A stretch of DNA of 64,000 nt from an uncultured Acidimicrobiales bacterium (GTDB lineage: Bacteria > Actinomycetota > Acidimicrobiia > Acidimicrobiales > UBA10347), in NCBI GenBank assembly GCA_943788915.1, contig CALSSD010000013.1:248001-312000 (forward strand), read 5' to 3'. Shown piece by piece: positions 21,025 to 31,712 of this stretch. Within the stretch, counting starts at the first letter, position 1, and each line of letters starts with the position of its first letter. The notes beneath the pieces were generated by a model, which worked only from the letters and a program-made list of their open reading frames with translations, was not told the origin of the DNA and searched no databases. The position numbers were made by a program, and so were the translations under genes.

Positions 21025-22274
21025 TTAAGGAAGAGGAACGACCGTGAATGGGACCAACTGAAGCTCGGCCAGGGTGTAGGAACAACCATCGCCGGTGGCG
21101 ACGAAGACCCGCGGTGATGCATCGATCGTTTCGGTGTAGTCGTGTTCAAAACTAACGGTCTCATTCACCGTGATCATGGTGTTGTCTGGTTCCTCGCGGT
21201 CTGTGTTCTCGCCATCTGTGTTCTCGCTGGCGGCCGACGATGTCGACTCGTAGTCGCATGATGCGGTGCACAAGGCAGCATCGTCGGCGCCAGTAACCCG
21301 AGAGACTGAGCCATCGCCCCAGTCAACTCGGGTGTTACACCAGTCGATGACAGAACTGTCATCGTCAACAACCATCACCGTGACGGATACGTGTGCGCTG
21401 TATACGAGCACCGACTGCGGAAGGATGGTGGCAGGCGCAGAAAACGCCTGCCCTTCTGCATCGGCTGGATCATCCGCAGGCGTGGAGGGGTTCGCCTCGG
21501 GATAATTCTGCATTCGCTCGGTGTGCGGCTCTTCAACCGCAACAGTTACGTTCCCATCGTTTTGCACGCCTGGCGGAGCCAGATCGTTGGACAGGGTGTC
21601 TGGTGGAGTAGCTGTCTCTCCTGGTGTGAGATCTCGTTCGAGTCCGGCAGCCTCGGCCTGAGTTGTTTCTGGCCGGGGTGTCCTCGGCCGGGGTATCAGG
21701 CACAGCAGGGTTGGTGACGGACGGGACCGCCATCGGCGCAAGCTGTTCGATACGAATATCGGCACTGAAAGCTGACCAATCAAGGGTTGCCGGGTCTGCC
21801 TCAAACGGGGCGGCATCGGTCGTCGACTGGTTCGACCGACGCAAGGGATTGTCCCGACGTCGACGCCGGAGGGGTAGGCGTCGACGTCGGGAGCGATTGG
21901 AGGTCCTCGTTCCGAGGAGGAGAAAGGGTGAACGCTGGCGCTGTTGGTTCGGTCGGGGCTTCGATCATGTCAGCCGGACCGGGATCGCCAGCCGGTGCTT
22001 CTTCGATGGGTTCGGCCAGACGCCATACGCCGTTGGAGCCAAAGACTCGCGGCAGTTGTGGATCTGGCGCCTCTGCATCCGCGACCAGAGCCAAGCCGCC
22101 ATGTTGTGGCGGCGCCGCGATCATCGCGCCAAGCACCGCCGCTGCAAGCACCACCGGAGCGAACAACGCAATACGGCGATTCCGAGAATTCCGCTTGATG
22201 TCATCCAGCATCTGAGAGACACGCAGCTCAGAAAGATCAACCTCGGGTACATCCTCGGCCGGGTCGAACATCAT
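21025..22274 (-). CDS. Putative membrane anti-sigma factor with Pro/acidic linker and C-terminal Cys-containing PKD-like domain; two apparent indels
   Basis: Coupled to the sigma gene; TM segment; sensible sequence continues through ORFs 21801-22274, 21533-21844, 21025-21816; VDWGDG motif. Confidence 0.6.
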
Positions 22275-22732
22275 CGGTCTGCGCCCATGGTGTCTCGCAG
22301 CGAATGCAGACCTCGAGAAGCATGTGTCTTGACTGTTCCTACAGAGCAGTCCAAGATCTCGGCGACATCGGCCTCGGGGTAACCGGCCAGATATCGTAGG
22401 ACGACAACTTCTCGCTGGCGACGAGACAGCCGCGACAGTGCATCGACCAACGCCAACCGCTCAATGATGGGCTCGCCATCGTGGGAACGCACGAGATCTT
22501 CGCCAGTCAGGTCCTGCCTTGACCGCTTGCGCCACGCATCGATTGCGCCGTTTGCGCTGACTTTAGACACCCAACGAGCAGCGTCTGGGCGAATGCGCCA
22601 CCACCGCGTGTAGGCCTTGGCCATGGTCTCTTGAGCTACATCTTCGGCTTCGACCTGCTGGCCAAGAATGCGGTACGCAACACGGAAGGCTATGCGATAG
22701 AGCGCTTCGAAATTGTCGTCGTACGTGTGCAT
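22271..22732 (-). CDS. ECF sigma factor (Streptomyces SigE-like)
   Basis: AEDVAQE, RQREVVVLRY, SVGTVKTHASRGL. Confidence 0.92.
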   Translation of the reverse strand: MHTYDDNFEALYRIAFRVAYRILGQQVEAEDVAQETMAKAYTRWWRIRPDAARWVSKVSANGAIDAWRKRSRQDLTGEDLVRSHDGEPIIERLALVDALSRLSRRQREVVVLRYLAGYPEADVAEILDCSVGTVKTHASRGLHSLRDTMGADR

Positions 22733-22800
22733 GCCCTCAGCCCAGATGTGGTGCTCTGTAGAGTGTCCTTCTCGCTACTTCACGTGAAGGTTCACCTATA

Positions 22801-22828
22801 CAACGGATGAGCGAGCCAATTCGTTGAC
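22801..22828 (-). promoter_or_regulatory. Candidate ECF-type autoregulatory promoter
   Basis: Minus strand GTCAAC-N17-CGTTG about 70 bp upstream of the sigma gene. Confidence 0.5.
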
Positions 22829-22876
22829 ATAGATTCTGAAGTTTCTTAGATTCTTTCTAGCCACAATCGCCGCTCA

Positions 22877-23485
22877 TCAGCCTTCTGCCTGCGAAATTCC
22901 GGTCATCCATTGCCAACAACGGGCGACTGCAGCATCAAGTGCCGCCAAATCACCGCTGTTATCGATAACAAAATCCGCCTTGTCGAGTCGGGCCTGGCGG
23001 CTTACCTGGCTCGCAATACGGGCGTTGGCATCTTCGATAGAAAATCCTCGGTGAGCCACGAGTCGTTCGATAGCAAGCTCCGTCGGGGTGTCAACCACAA
23101 CGATGCCGGCCAACTCAAGCGTGCGTTCGCTGTCAATCAGCAGCGGTATGTCCAGAACAACTATTTCGTGCGTCTTGGCTAACGCTTCGCGTTGGCGGGC
23201 CATGTCTTTTCGCACAGCCGGATGGACTATCTCGTTGATCTTCTTCAGCTCGTCTTGATCGTTGAAGACAATATCTGCCAGTGCAGGACGATTCAGTTCA
23301 CCGTCGTTGCCAACGACCTTGTCGCCAAAGTAGGCAACGATTTCGTCGTACACTGGCATACCGGCGACCTGTAACCGTTTGACCGTTGCGTCCGCATCGA
23401 CCAAACCAGCCCCATAAGCAACAAGACGCTCACTGGCCGCAGACTTCCCAGAACCGATGCCGCCAGTCAGGCCAAATTCGCTCAC
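22877..23485 (-). CDS. coaE: Dephospho-CoA kinase
   Basis: GLTGGIGSGKS, LNRPALA, IVHP, DIPLL; GTG start 7 nt after TAGTTT. Confidence 0.95.
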   Translation of the reverse strand: MSEFGLTGGIGSGKSAASERLVAYGAGLVDADATVKRLQVAGMPVYDEIVAYFGDKVVGNDGELNRPALADIVFNDQDELKKINEIVHPAVRKDMARQREALAKTHEIVVLDIPLLIDSERTLELAGIVVVDTPTELAIERLVAHRGFSIEDANARIASQVSRQARLDKADFVIDNSGDLAALDAAVARCWQWMTGISQAEG

Positions 23486-23591
23486 GGGATTGAAACTACA
23501 CGAGAGACTCGATTTGCACCATTTAGGGTTTTCCGTAGGCATATCTACCTGTAGCCCTAAAGAAAGGGGCCAAACGGACGATTGAACACCT

Positions 23592-24248
23592 ATGACTGTT
23601 TCACTCCTCCTCGTAGACGACCACCGAATGGTGCGCGAGAGCCTCAAGCGCTCGTACATCGAATGGGGCTTCGACGTCATTGGCGACGTCGCCAGCGCAG
23701 AAGAAGCCGTTCCCCTTGCCATTGCCCACCAGCCTCAGCTCGTGGTCGCTGATATCGCCATGCCCGGCATGGATGGCATCGAAGCCTGCGAACGGATTGC
23801 CAACCAGTGCCCGGACACGCGGGTAATCATCTTGACCATGCATGGCGATCAAGAGTCCCTCTCGCGTGCGATCCGCGCCGGTGCATCTGGTTTCCTGCTC
23901 AAGGATTGCAGCATCGACGAATTGATGACTGCAACTCGTCTCGCCGCTTCTGGCGAGACGGTGATTGCCCCCCAGCTCAAGCCACACCTACTCGCGCAGG
24001 TTCGCCGCCCAAACTCGACCATGACGGCAACGTCAACCACGACGAGTCACCGGATCACGCCCCGTGAGACCGAAGTGCTCCAGATGATCGCCGACGGCCA
24101 CTCAACCCCTGAAGTCGCCGAACGGTTGTTCATCAGCCAGAAGACGGTCAAGAACCACCTAGCTTCGATCTACCAGAAGCTTGATGCACGTGACCGCACG
24201 CAAGCAGTTCTCCAGTCGGTACGAATGGGAATCGTCACCCTCGACTAG
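23592..24248 (+). CDS. NarL/LuxR family response regulator (no adjacent kinase)
   Basis: VDDH, DIAMPGMDG receiver; LFISQKTVKNH HTH. Confidence 0.94.
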   Translation: MTVSLLLVDDHRMVRESLKRSYIEWGFDVIGDVASAEEAVPLAIAHQPQLVVADIAMPGMDGIEACERIANQCPDTRVIILTMHGDQESLSRAIRAGASGFLLKDCSIDELMTATRLAASGETVIAPQLKPHLLAQVRRPNSTMTATSTTTSHRITPRETEVLQMIADGHSTPEVAERLFISQKTVKNHLASIYQKLDARDRTQAVLQSVRMGIVTLD

Positions 24249-24408
24249 AACCAGCGGGTCCACTTCGCCTGTAAACAGGCACAGGACGAGTGGACCAGAT
24301 GGTTCTCCACAGTCACGAAGGTTCTACCCAGTCACTAAGTAAACGCCTCGGATACAAAGTCCGAGGCGTTTGCCGTTTTCCGAAGCCCCCAGCTGTAAGA
24401 CTCTCGAA

Positions 24409-24933
24409 GTGATCGAATTGCGCCCTGCGACCGCCGACGACGTTGACTTCATGTGGCACATGCTCTACTACGCGTCCTACACCGACCGAGAAGACGGCGT
24501 GACCCTCGACGACATGAAGTCGAACCCCGATCTCATTCGCCATCTGGACGACTGGGGGAACCGTACCGGTGACATAGCGCTCATCGCCGTTGACAAGACC
24601 GGGCGCGAAAGCCGGCTCGTTGGAGCGAGCTGGCTCCGACACATGATCGGCCACGAGCAACAAGACGTGACGTTCGTCGACGAGCACACACCGGAGCTCG
24701 TCATCTCGGTAGTTCCAGAGATCATCGGCCGGGGAGCCGGATCGCGGCTTATGAGCGAAATTCTTCATATCGCCGATGGCTACGGCATCAGGCAGGTGGT
24801 GCTCTCGGCTCGGGCTTCAAACCCGGCTGTCACGTTGTACGAACGCCACGGTTTCGAGATCATCGAGCGCATCACGAATCGTGTCGGTACCGAGTCAGTC
24901 AAGATGTTACGGGTTACACCATCGCCACAATGA
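24409..24933 (+). CDS. GNAT family N-acetyltransferase
   Basis: GRGAGSRLM, NPAVTLYERHGF. Confidence 0.85.
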   Translation: MIELRPATADDVDFMWHMLYYASYTDREDGVTLDDMKSNPDLIRHLDDWGNRTGDIALIAVDKTGRESRLVGASWLRHMIGHEQQDVTFVDEHTPELVISVVPEIIGRGAGSRLMSEILHIADGYGIRQVVLSARASNPAVTLYERHGFEIIERITNRVGTESVKMLRVTPSPQ

Positions 24934-25678
24934 TCGCGCTATTGTCCTGGCCGCCTGGGTGACCATCGACGCCTGCTAACGCCAGCGAAACAAGCGCTCG
25001 GCTTACGTCGGCCGGATGGCCTGCCACCCTGTCCACAAGTGCAGCGATGTGGTCGGGGCGCACCGATGTCAATGGGTGACGGTAATGGCACTCGTCAACG
25101 CCATCGGTGAACATGAGCAAGGTGTCGCCTGGGTCGGCGCTAAAAGCACTGGACGAGCAACTCCCAGCCGGCCACCGGTCGCCAGCAGCCACGTAGCGTT
25201 CGTCCCTGAGGTTCACCTGGCGGTACTCCCCTGCACCTGTCACCACCACCAAACTGGAGTCGCCGTAGTTGACGACCCATCCGTGGCCAGCCACTCGATC
25301 GAATAGGGCGACAACAAGTGTCGACTCCGAATCCGTTTCCGGGTCAGGGGCGTGGCCCAGACCCTCGATCGTCGCTCGAAGCTCCACCGCGTTCGTCGGC
25401 AGTGTGTTTGTGAAGGACGCGTGTAACCAGTCGATCATTACGTGACTGGATTCATGACCAAAGTGGGCGTCGGCCGCTGCAATGACCACCCGGTCGCCAC
25501 CGTCGACGATGCACAACGCATCCTCATTCGGGACAAGGCTGGAACCCTTGAATCGCAGACTCGGTGAGCGTGTATCACTCCCAACCGAGATAGACGCCGC
25601 TGCCCGGTCGCCGACCGCAACCGTGGTCGCGATTCCGTAGTCGGCATGGTCTTGACCGAGAAGCACACAGTCGAACAC
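24914..25678 (-). CDS. PP2C/SpoIIE-like phosphatase
   Basis: NEDA, ADAHFG, YGDS, FTDGV, QDN. Confidence 0.8.
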   Translation of the reverse strand: MFDCVLLGQDHADYGIATTVAVGDRAAASISVGSDTRSPSLRFKGSSLVPNEDALCIVDGGDRVVIAAADAHFGHESSHVMIDWLHASFTNTLPTNAVELRATIEGLGHAPDPETDSESTLVVALFDRVAGHGWVVNYGDSSLVVVTGAGEYRQVNLRDERYVAAGDRWPAGSCSSSAFSADPGDTLLMFTDGVDECHYRHPLTSVRPDHIAALVDRVAGHPADVSRALVSLALAGVDGHPGGQDNSAIIVAMV

Positions 25679-25705
25679 CCTGCAAGCCTAGAAACACGAA
25701 AACAC

Positions 25706-25740
25706 AAACAGCCCCCGAGCCGAAGCTCGGGGGCTGTTTT
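25706..25740 (-). terminator. Intrinsic terminator after rpsA
   Basis: AAACAGCCCCCGAGC-CGAA-GCTCGGGGGCTGTTT perfect stem. Confidence 0.88.
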
Positions 25741-25785
25741 AGGACCTACTGATCAGTGACCAGCGGTATCAGATCTGAGATCCGT

Positions 25786-27375
25786 TCAGGCGCCAGGCGG
25801 AGGCGACGGGGCCTCAGGTGCTGGTGCGAGTTCGGTTTCCATGCCGTCTACCTGAGCGTAAGCGGCTTCGATGTCGGCAGCGATGTCGGCCGACAGCGGT
25901 TCAACGGCAGCCGGTTCGGATTCTTCGACCTCGACCTCGCCGATGTAGTTACCTTCATCGTCGTACGCGTGCTCACCGAAGTGCTCTTGGTACTCGGCGG
26001 CTACGACGCCACCCTCGGCAGCCTGCTTGATCGACAGGCTAATCCGACGACGCTGCAGGTCGAGATCGATGATCTTGACCCAGAGTTCTTCACCCGGCGA
26101 CACAACTTGCTCGGGGAGATCGACGTGATGGGCTGACATCTCCGAGATGTGAACCAGACCTTCGATGCTGTCGCCAACCTGCACGAACGAACCAAACGGG
26201 ACTAACTTCGTGACCCGACCGTAGACGAGCTCGCCGACCTTGTGAGCACCAGCGAACTGCTGCCAAGGGTCCTGCTGGGTTGCCTTGAGCGACAGGCTGA
26301 TGCGTTCGCGGTCGAGGTCGACCTCGAGCACCTGCACGTCGACTTCGTCGCCGACTGCAACAACAGAACTTGGGTGGTCGACATGCTTCCAGGAAAGTTC
26401 CGAAACGTGGATGAGTCCGTCCATACCGCCAAGGTCCACGAAGGCACCGAAGTTGACGACCGAGCTGACGATGCCCTTGCGAGCTTCGCCTGGCTTGAGG
26501 TTGTCGAGGAACTCTTCGCGCTGTTCTTTCTGGGTCTCTTCGAGCCATGCACGACGAGAGAGCACAACATTGTTGCGGTTCTTGTCGAGTTCGATGATCT
26601 TGGCTTCGAGTGTCTGGCCAACATATGGCTGCAGGTCACGGACACGACGCAACTCGACGAGGGATGCAGGAAGGAAACCACGAAGACCGATGTCCACGAT
26701 CAGGCCGCCCTTGACGACCTCGATGACCGGACCGGAGACCATGCCGTCTTCTTCTTTGAGCTGCTCGATCTTGCCCCAGGCACGTTCGTACTGGGCACGC
26801 TTGCGGCTGAGGATCAGACGACCCTCTTTGTCTTCCTTGGTGAGAACCAGTGATTCGATGGTCTCGCCCATCGACACCACTTCACGAGGATCAACGTCGT
26901 TGCGGATCGATAGTTCGCGAGACGGGATGACACCTTCGCTCTTGTAGCCGATATCGAGGAGCACCTCGTCGGTGTCAATACGCACGACCGTGCCGTTTAC
27001 CATCTGGCCTTCTTCGACCGATACGAAGGTCATGCCATAGGCGGCATCGAGGTCAGCATCAGAAATGTCGTCGGCGACAATCTGGCGAGGGGTGTAGTTG
27101 CCTTCTTCATCGAAGGTGCCGAACATTGACTCGTCGTCAGCGGCGAGAACTGGAGGCGCTGGCGCAGGTGCCGGTGCGGGTTCCGCTGGAACAGCCTCGG
27201 CAACAACCGGTGCTTCTTCGGCAGCTGGAGCTTCCTCGGCGGCAGCAGCTTCGGCCACTGCTTCCTCAGCCACTACTTCTTCGACAGCGGCGGGGGCTGC
27301 TTCTGCAACTACTTCTTCGGCAACTGCTTCTTCGACAGCTGGCTCGGGGGTGGTGGGAATCGTCGTATCGGACAC
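25786..27375 (-). CDS. rpsA: 30S ribosomal protein S1 with acidic N-terminal extension
   Basis: Four S1 domains (DIGYKSEG, RGFLPASLV, DGLIHVSELSW, EGLVHISEM); start estimated at GTG 27375. Confidence 0.96.
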   Translation of the reverse strand: MSDTTIPTTPEPAVEEAVAEEVVAEAAPAAVEEVVAEEAVAEAAAAEEAPAAEEAPVVAEAVPAEPAPAPAPAPPVLAADDESMFGTFDEEGNYTPRQIVADDISDADLDAAYGMTFVSVEEGQMVNGTVVRIDTDEVLLDIGYKSEGVIPSRELSIRNDVDPREVVSMGETIESLVLTKEDKEGRLILSRKRAQYERAWGKIEQLKEEDGMVSGPVIEVVKGGLIVDIGLRGFLPASLVELRRVRDLQPYVGQTLEAKIIELDKNRNNVVLSRRAWLEETQKEQREEFLDNLKPGEARKGIVSSVVNFGAFVDLGGMDGLIHVSELSWKHVDHPSSVVAVGDEVDVQVLEVDLDRERISLSLKATQQDPWQQFAGAHKVGELVYGRVTKLVPFGSFVQVGDSIEGLVHISEMSAHHVDLPEQVVSPGEELWVKIIDLDLQRRRISLSIKQAAEGGVVAAEYQEHFGEHAYDDEGNYIGEVEVEESEPAAVEPLSADIAADIEAAYAQVDGMETELAPAPEAPSPPPGA

Positions 27376-28031
27376 GGAATCTCGTTTGCTTATATGAACT
27401 AGGGAACGCAGCGATGAATCACGCCGCCCGACGAGGCTATCCCTACTACTACGGAAATGTCTTCGCGCACCTACCGAAAATTCAGAGCCGGACATGTCTG
27501 CGACCTCAAAGATCTGGGTCAGATCTCAATAGGGCTCCACAACCGCGCCTGTCAGGTCGAGATACGCGCACGGACCGCCGCCCGTCCCCCAACTCCCAGA
27601 GCGACGTCAGCGGAGGCCGGACACGGCTCGTTGGTCGCACATCGCGTCTGTATCTGCGGCGGTATCAGGCCTGAGAACAACTGCCGTGATGCTCGTGCGC
27701 AAGGCACGTAAACGCATGTGAACGGTGAAGCGTTACCCAACAACTGCGTGAGCGCGGGCGCCAACCCGTCTCCCCCTATCCAAGCTCGACTGATCGAATT
27801 CGCGGAAGATCCGGGTGGTGCCATCGGATCTGCAGCGGTGGGCCGTGACTTCGGGCGGCTTCTTTCGTCCTGCACGTGTCCCGCACGTCCAATCGATGTC
27901 GATGCCATCGCATTCCTCGGTTGCAGTCCTGTAAACAGATGCCGATCCGGCGCCGCTCACCGGTGTGAGTGATGCTCGGGATCCAGAGGGCGCAATCTGC
28001 GACTCGACCTACGGCTGCCTATCCGCCGGTG

Positions 28032-28313
28032 TTATTCGTACGTGCAGAGATAGGCCGTATCCGTGGCGACCTTGAGCTGGAACGTCTCATTTGCGGAAAC
28101 GGCGAACGAATCACCAGCCGGAAATGACTGAAACTCGTCGGAGCCAGGGAGTTTGACAACCAGTTCACCGCTGATCACTGTCATGACCTCGTTCTGGCTC
28201 GTGCCGAACTCATACTCGCCTGGGGCCATCACCCCAACAGACGATGCCAGGTCGGGTCCCTGAAAACCGATCGACTTCACGCCACCGTCAAAATATTCGT
28301 TCACCTGCAACAT
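28032..28313 (-). CDS. ppnP: Pyrimidine/purine nucleoside phosphorylase (YaiE/PpnP)
   Basis: [17 protein letters not shown]...[14 protein letters not shown]...YLCTYE, 93 aa. Confidence 0.9.
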   Translation of the reverse strand: MLQVNEYFDGGVKSIGFQGPDLASSVGVMAPGEYEFGTSQNEVMTVISGELVVKLPGSDEFQSFPAGDSFAVSANETFQLKVATDTAYLCTYE

Positions 28314-28335
28314 GTGCCGCAAGATACTCGCCAAC

Positions 28336-28370
28336 CGAATTGTTACGTCCCCTGGGGACGTAACAATTCG
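28336..28370. repeat. Perfect 17-bp inverted repeat (35-bp palindrome)
   Basis: CGAATTGTTACGTCCCC-T-GGGGACGTAACAATTCG. Confidence 0.95.
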
Positions 28371-28415
28371 ACAAGTCCAAAATGGTGTGGGCGCAAGACC
28401 GGACGAAAGCCGGCC

Positions 28416-28919
28416 GACCGGCCCGGCGAACTCGTGCACATCGACGTCAAAAAGCTTGCCAGAATCCCGCTGGGCGGCGGGCAACGCAAACTCGGGCGCA
28501 CCACCCAAGCTAAACAACGCAGCCGACAAAGGGCCGGCTACGGCCACATCCACACCGCCATAGATGCCTATTCGCGGCTCGCGTATTCCGAGTTCGCTGG
28601 CGTCGAGAACAAAGCCAATTGCATTGCGTTCCTCCGTCGAGCCAACCACTGGTTCAACACCCACCACGACATCACCATCGAACGAATACTCACAGACAAC
28701 GGCAACGGCTACCGCAGCTACGACTGGGCCGACACCTGCGCCGAACTCGGCATCAAACACACCCGAACCAAGCCCTACCACCCCGCCACAAACGGCAAAG
28801 TCGAACGCTTCAACCGAACCCTCGTCGAAGAATGGGCCTACGCCAAAGTCTGGACCTCAGACCAACAACGCGCCAACAGCCTTGACGGATGGCTCCACGG
28901 CTACAACTATCACCGACAC
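28416..28919 (+). mobile_element. IS481-family transposase fragment (integrase core only)
   Basis: [35 protein letters not shown]; no N-terminal HTH, no IS ends, abuts the polA stop. Confidence 0.88.
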
Positions 28920-31588
28920 TACCCCTTGGCAGACGCCCAGGTGGGGCCGTCGGCCAGGTTCACGTCGAGCGGAACACGGAGATCGAAGGCATTCGCCATG
29001 ACTTCAACAACAAGATCGCGGGTGGCGTCGAGTTCTTCCGGTGGGACCTCCAGCACGACCTCGTCGTGGACCTGCAAGATGACCTCGGCCGCGAGTCCGC
29101 TCTTGTCGAGCGCACGGTCGAGTTCGACGAGGGCCACCTTGAAGATGTCTGCCGCTAGCCCCTGGATGCCAGCGTTCATTGCTTGACGTTCGCCGGCCTG
29201 ACGAATGCGGAAGTTCGAAGAACTCAGCTCGGGGATCTGGCGGCGCCGCCCAAACAACGTTTCGGTGTAACCACGCTGGCGGGCCTCGGCAACCGTGTCG
29301 TCCATGTACTTGCGCACCGCAGGGAACGCTACGAAATAGGCGTCGAGAATCACTTGCGCCTCGCCGGTGGGAATGCCGAGCCGTTGCCCCAGGCCGTAGG
29401 ACTCCATGCCATAGGCGAGGCCGTAGCTGACCATCTTGGCCTTGGACCGTTGCTCGACGGTCACGTCCTCGGCCTTCACGTCGAAGATTCGGGACGCAGT
29501 CGCATTATGGATGTCGTCGCCTGCTTCGAATGCACCGATCAGGCCCGGATCCTCGGCAAGATGAGCGATACAGCGCAGTTCGATCTGGTTGTAGTCCGCT
29601 ATCAGCAAGGTCTGTCCGGGCCCAGCAACGAATGCACGACGGAAGTTGCGCCCTCGCTCGGAACGAACCGGGATGTTGTGCAGGTTTGGTTTGTCGCTGC
29701 TCAGCCGGCCGGTTCGTGCCACTGTCTGATTGAACGTTGCTCGGATGCGATCGCCGGGCCCTACTTCGGCCACCAGGCCCTCGCCGTAGGTAGAGCGAAG
29801 TTTCTCGACTTCGCGGTACTGCAGCAGCAGATCCACCATGGGGTGGTCGTTGCGGAGTTTTTCGAGCGTTGCTGCGTCGGTCGAGTAGCCGGTCTTGGTC
29901 TTCTTCTGAGGTGTCAGTCCCAGCTTGTCGAAGAGGATCTCGCGGAGCTGCTTGGTCGAGTTGATGTTGAAGTCCTCGCCTGCAGCCTCGATAGTGGCAG
30001 CGCGCAGACGATCACACTCCGCCGTCAGATCATCTCGCATCTTGATCAGCTCAGCAAGGTCGACACCGACACCCAGATGCTCCATCTTGGCAAGCACTCG
30101 GATCAGTGGTACTTCGATCTCGGTATTCAGCTTTGTCAGGCCGAGTTCGTCCATCGACCTGCGCAATGGTTCGACGAGACGTGCGATCCCGAGAGCCTGT
30201 CGGCCAGTCAGGAGTGCCTCGTCGACACTGTCTTCACCGAAGTCGAGTTGGCCTTCTGGTGCAGCGTCGCCATCGGGTAGCTGGAGCGACGCGAAGCGAA
30301 CCAGCAGCCCGTCGAGCGGATACGAGGTTTCAGCTGGGTCTAACAAGTAGCCAGCAAGAGCCGTGTCCATCGCCAGTCCAGGCAAATCGATTCCGAGATC
30401 GAACAGCGCCCTCATAGTGGCCTTGATGTCGTGGCCGCACAGCTCCGTGGTCGGGCTTCCAACAGTGGCCTGCACTGCATCGGCAACTGACTGGTCCGCG
30501 ATCAGCGCAGTGCGGAGCCACAACACGTCACCCGATGCAGGGTCGATGGTGACGGCAAGTCCTTCGAGGTCACCACCATCGTTGAAATGGCCAGCCACGC
30601 CGACAGGCCCTTCGAGCGGCAGAGCGTTCAATGCCGTAACAGCGTCAGCGGGGGTCTCGGGAGTCATCATCTCGGCTTCGATGACTTCGATGTCGTCCAT
30701 AGCGGCGCCGCCATCGAAATCGAGCACGTCGGTCAGGCGGTCATACAGCGCCCGGAATTCAAGGAAGTCAAATAATCGGCGGACCTCTTCGGCATCGATG
30801 CCACCGATCTGGAGTTCATCAATTTCGGCTTCGATCGGCACGTCGAGCACCAGTGGCATCATCTCCAGGTTGCGGTCAACGTTCTCTCGGTAGGTGGCCA
30901 GGTTCTCGCGCAGTTTTGGTGTCTGGTCGTCGACATGGTCATAGATGCCTTCGATCCCGCCGTACTTGTTGATCAGCTTGGCCGCCGTCTTTTCGCCAAC
31001 ACCAGGCACACCGGGGAGATTGTCCGACTTGTCGCCCCGTAGCGCGGCGTAATGCACGTAGTCCTTGGGATACACCCCGGTACGTTCGAAGATGCCAGCC
31101 TCGTCATAGAACGCATAGTCGCTCACGCCCCGTTTGTTGTACAGGACCTTGACATGGGGATCTTCGACAAGTTGATAGGCATCGCGGTCGCCGGTCACCA
31201 CGATCACATCGTCGCCAGCATCTCTGGCTCTGGTGGCGAGTGTGGCAATGATGTCATCGGCTTCGAAGCCTGGCTGCTCGAGCACCGGCACGGCCAGTGC
31301 ATCGACAAGTTCCCGAACAAGCCCGAGTTGCTGGCGCAGAATGTCGGGTGTCTCGGCACGCCCTGCCTTGTAGTCGTCGTATTTTTTGTGCCGAAACGTT
31401 GGCTCAGGTAGATCAAACGCCACAGCCAGTCGGTCTGGCCTGTGATCACGCAACAGGTTGATCAGCATCGACGTGAATCCGAACACCGCATTGGTCACTT
31501 GACCACTTGTTGTCGCCATGTCGGCCGGGAGCGCGAAGAACGCTCGGTAGGTCAGGGAATGACCGTCGATCAGCATCAGTTTTGCCAC
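28919..31588 (-). CDS. polA: DNA polymerase I
   Basis: LIDGHSL 5'-3' exonuclease, ADYNQIELR, KMVSYGLAYG, QVHDE; GTG start 31588. Confidence 0.98.
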   Translation of the reverse strand: MAKLMLIDGHSLTYRAFFALPADMATTSGQVTNAVFGFTSMLINLLRDHRPDRLAVAFDLPEPTFRHKKYDDYKAGRAETPDILRQQLGLVRELVDALAVPVLEQPGFEADDIIATLATRARDAGDDVIVVTGDRDAYQLVEDPHVKVLYNKRGVSDYAFYDEAGIFERTGVYPKDYVHYAALRGDKSDNLPGVPGVGEKTAAKLINKYGGIEGIYDHVDDQTPKLRENLATYRENVDRNLEMMPLVLDVPIEAEIDELQIGGIDAEEVRRLFDFLEFRALYDRLTDVLDFDGGAAMDDIEVIEAEMMTPETPADAVTALNALPLEGPVGVAGHFNDGGDLEGLAVTIDPASGDVLWLRTALIADQSVADAVQATVGSPTTELCGHDIKATMRALFDLGIDLPGLAMDTALAGYLLDPAETSYPLDGLLVRFASLQLPDGDAAPEGQLDFGEDSVDEALLTGRQALGIARLVEPLRRSMDELGLTKLNTEIEVPLIRVLAKMEHLGVGVDLAELIKMRDDLTAECDRLRAATIEAAGEDFNINSTKQLREILFDKLGLTPQKKTKTGYSTDAATLEKLRNDHPMVDLLLQYREVEKLRSTYGEGLVAEVGPGDRIRATFNQTVARTGRLSSDKPNLHNIPVRSERGRNFRRAFVAGPGQTLLIADYNQIELRCIAHLAEDPGLIGAFEAGDDIHNATASRIFDVKAEDVTVEQRSKAKMVSYGLAYGMESYGLGQRLGIPTGEAQVILDAYFVAFPAVRKYMDDTVAEARQRGYTETLFGRRRQIPELSSSNFRIRQAGERQAMNAGIQGLAADIFKVALVELDRALDKSGLAAEVILQVHDEVVLEVPPEELDATRDLVVEVMANAFDLRVPLDVNLADGPTWASAKG

Positions 31589-31712
31589 GTGCCCGAACCT
31601 ATCCGATTCGAACGAACCTAAGGACGACCGTGAGGGCTCCACGCCTGGGACGAGTTCCAGGGCCGCTTCTCGTGTTGCTGGTGAGGGCGGCGAACTGTCA
31701 CAGCCGCATTTC

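Noticed and set aside
27400..28030. Protein-coding genes in the rpsA-ppnP gap
   Set aside because: Overlapping short ORFs on both strands with no motif or convincing start signal
28314..29186. Intact 290-aa transposase as given by the ORF track
   Set aside because: N- and C-terminal parts are read-through of the palindrome and antisense polA; only the core is transposase
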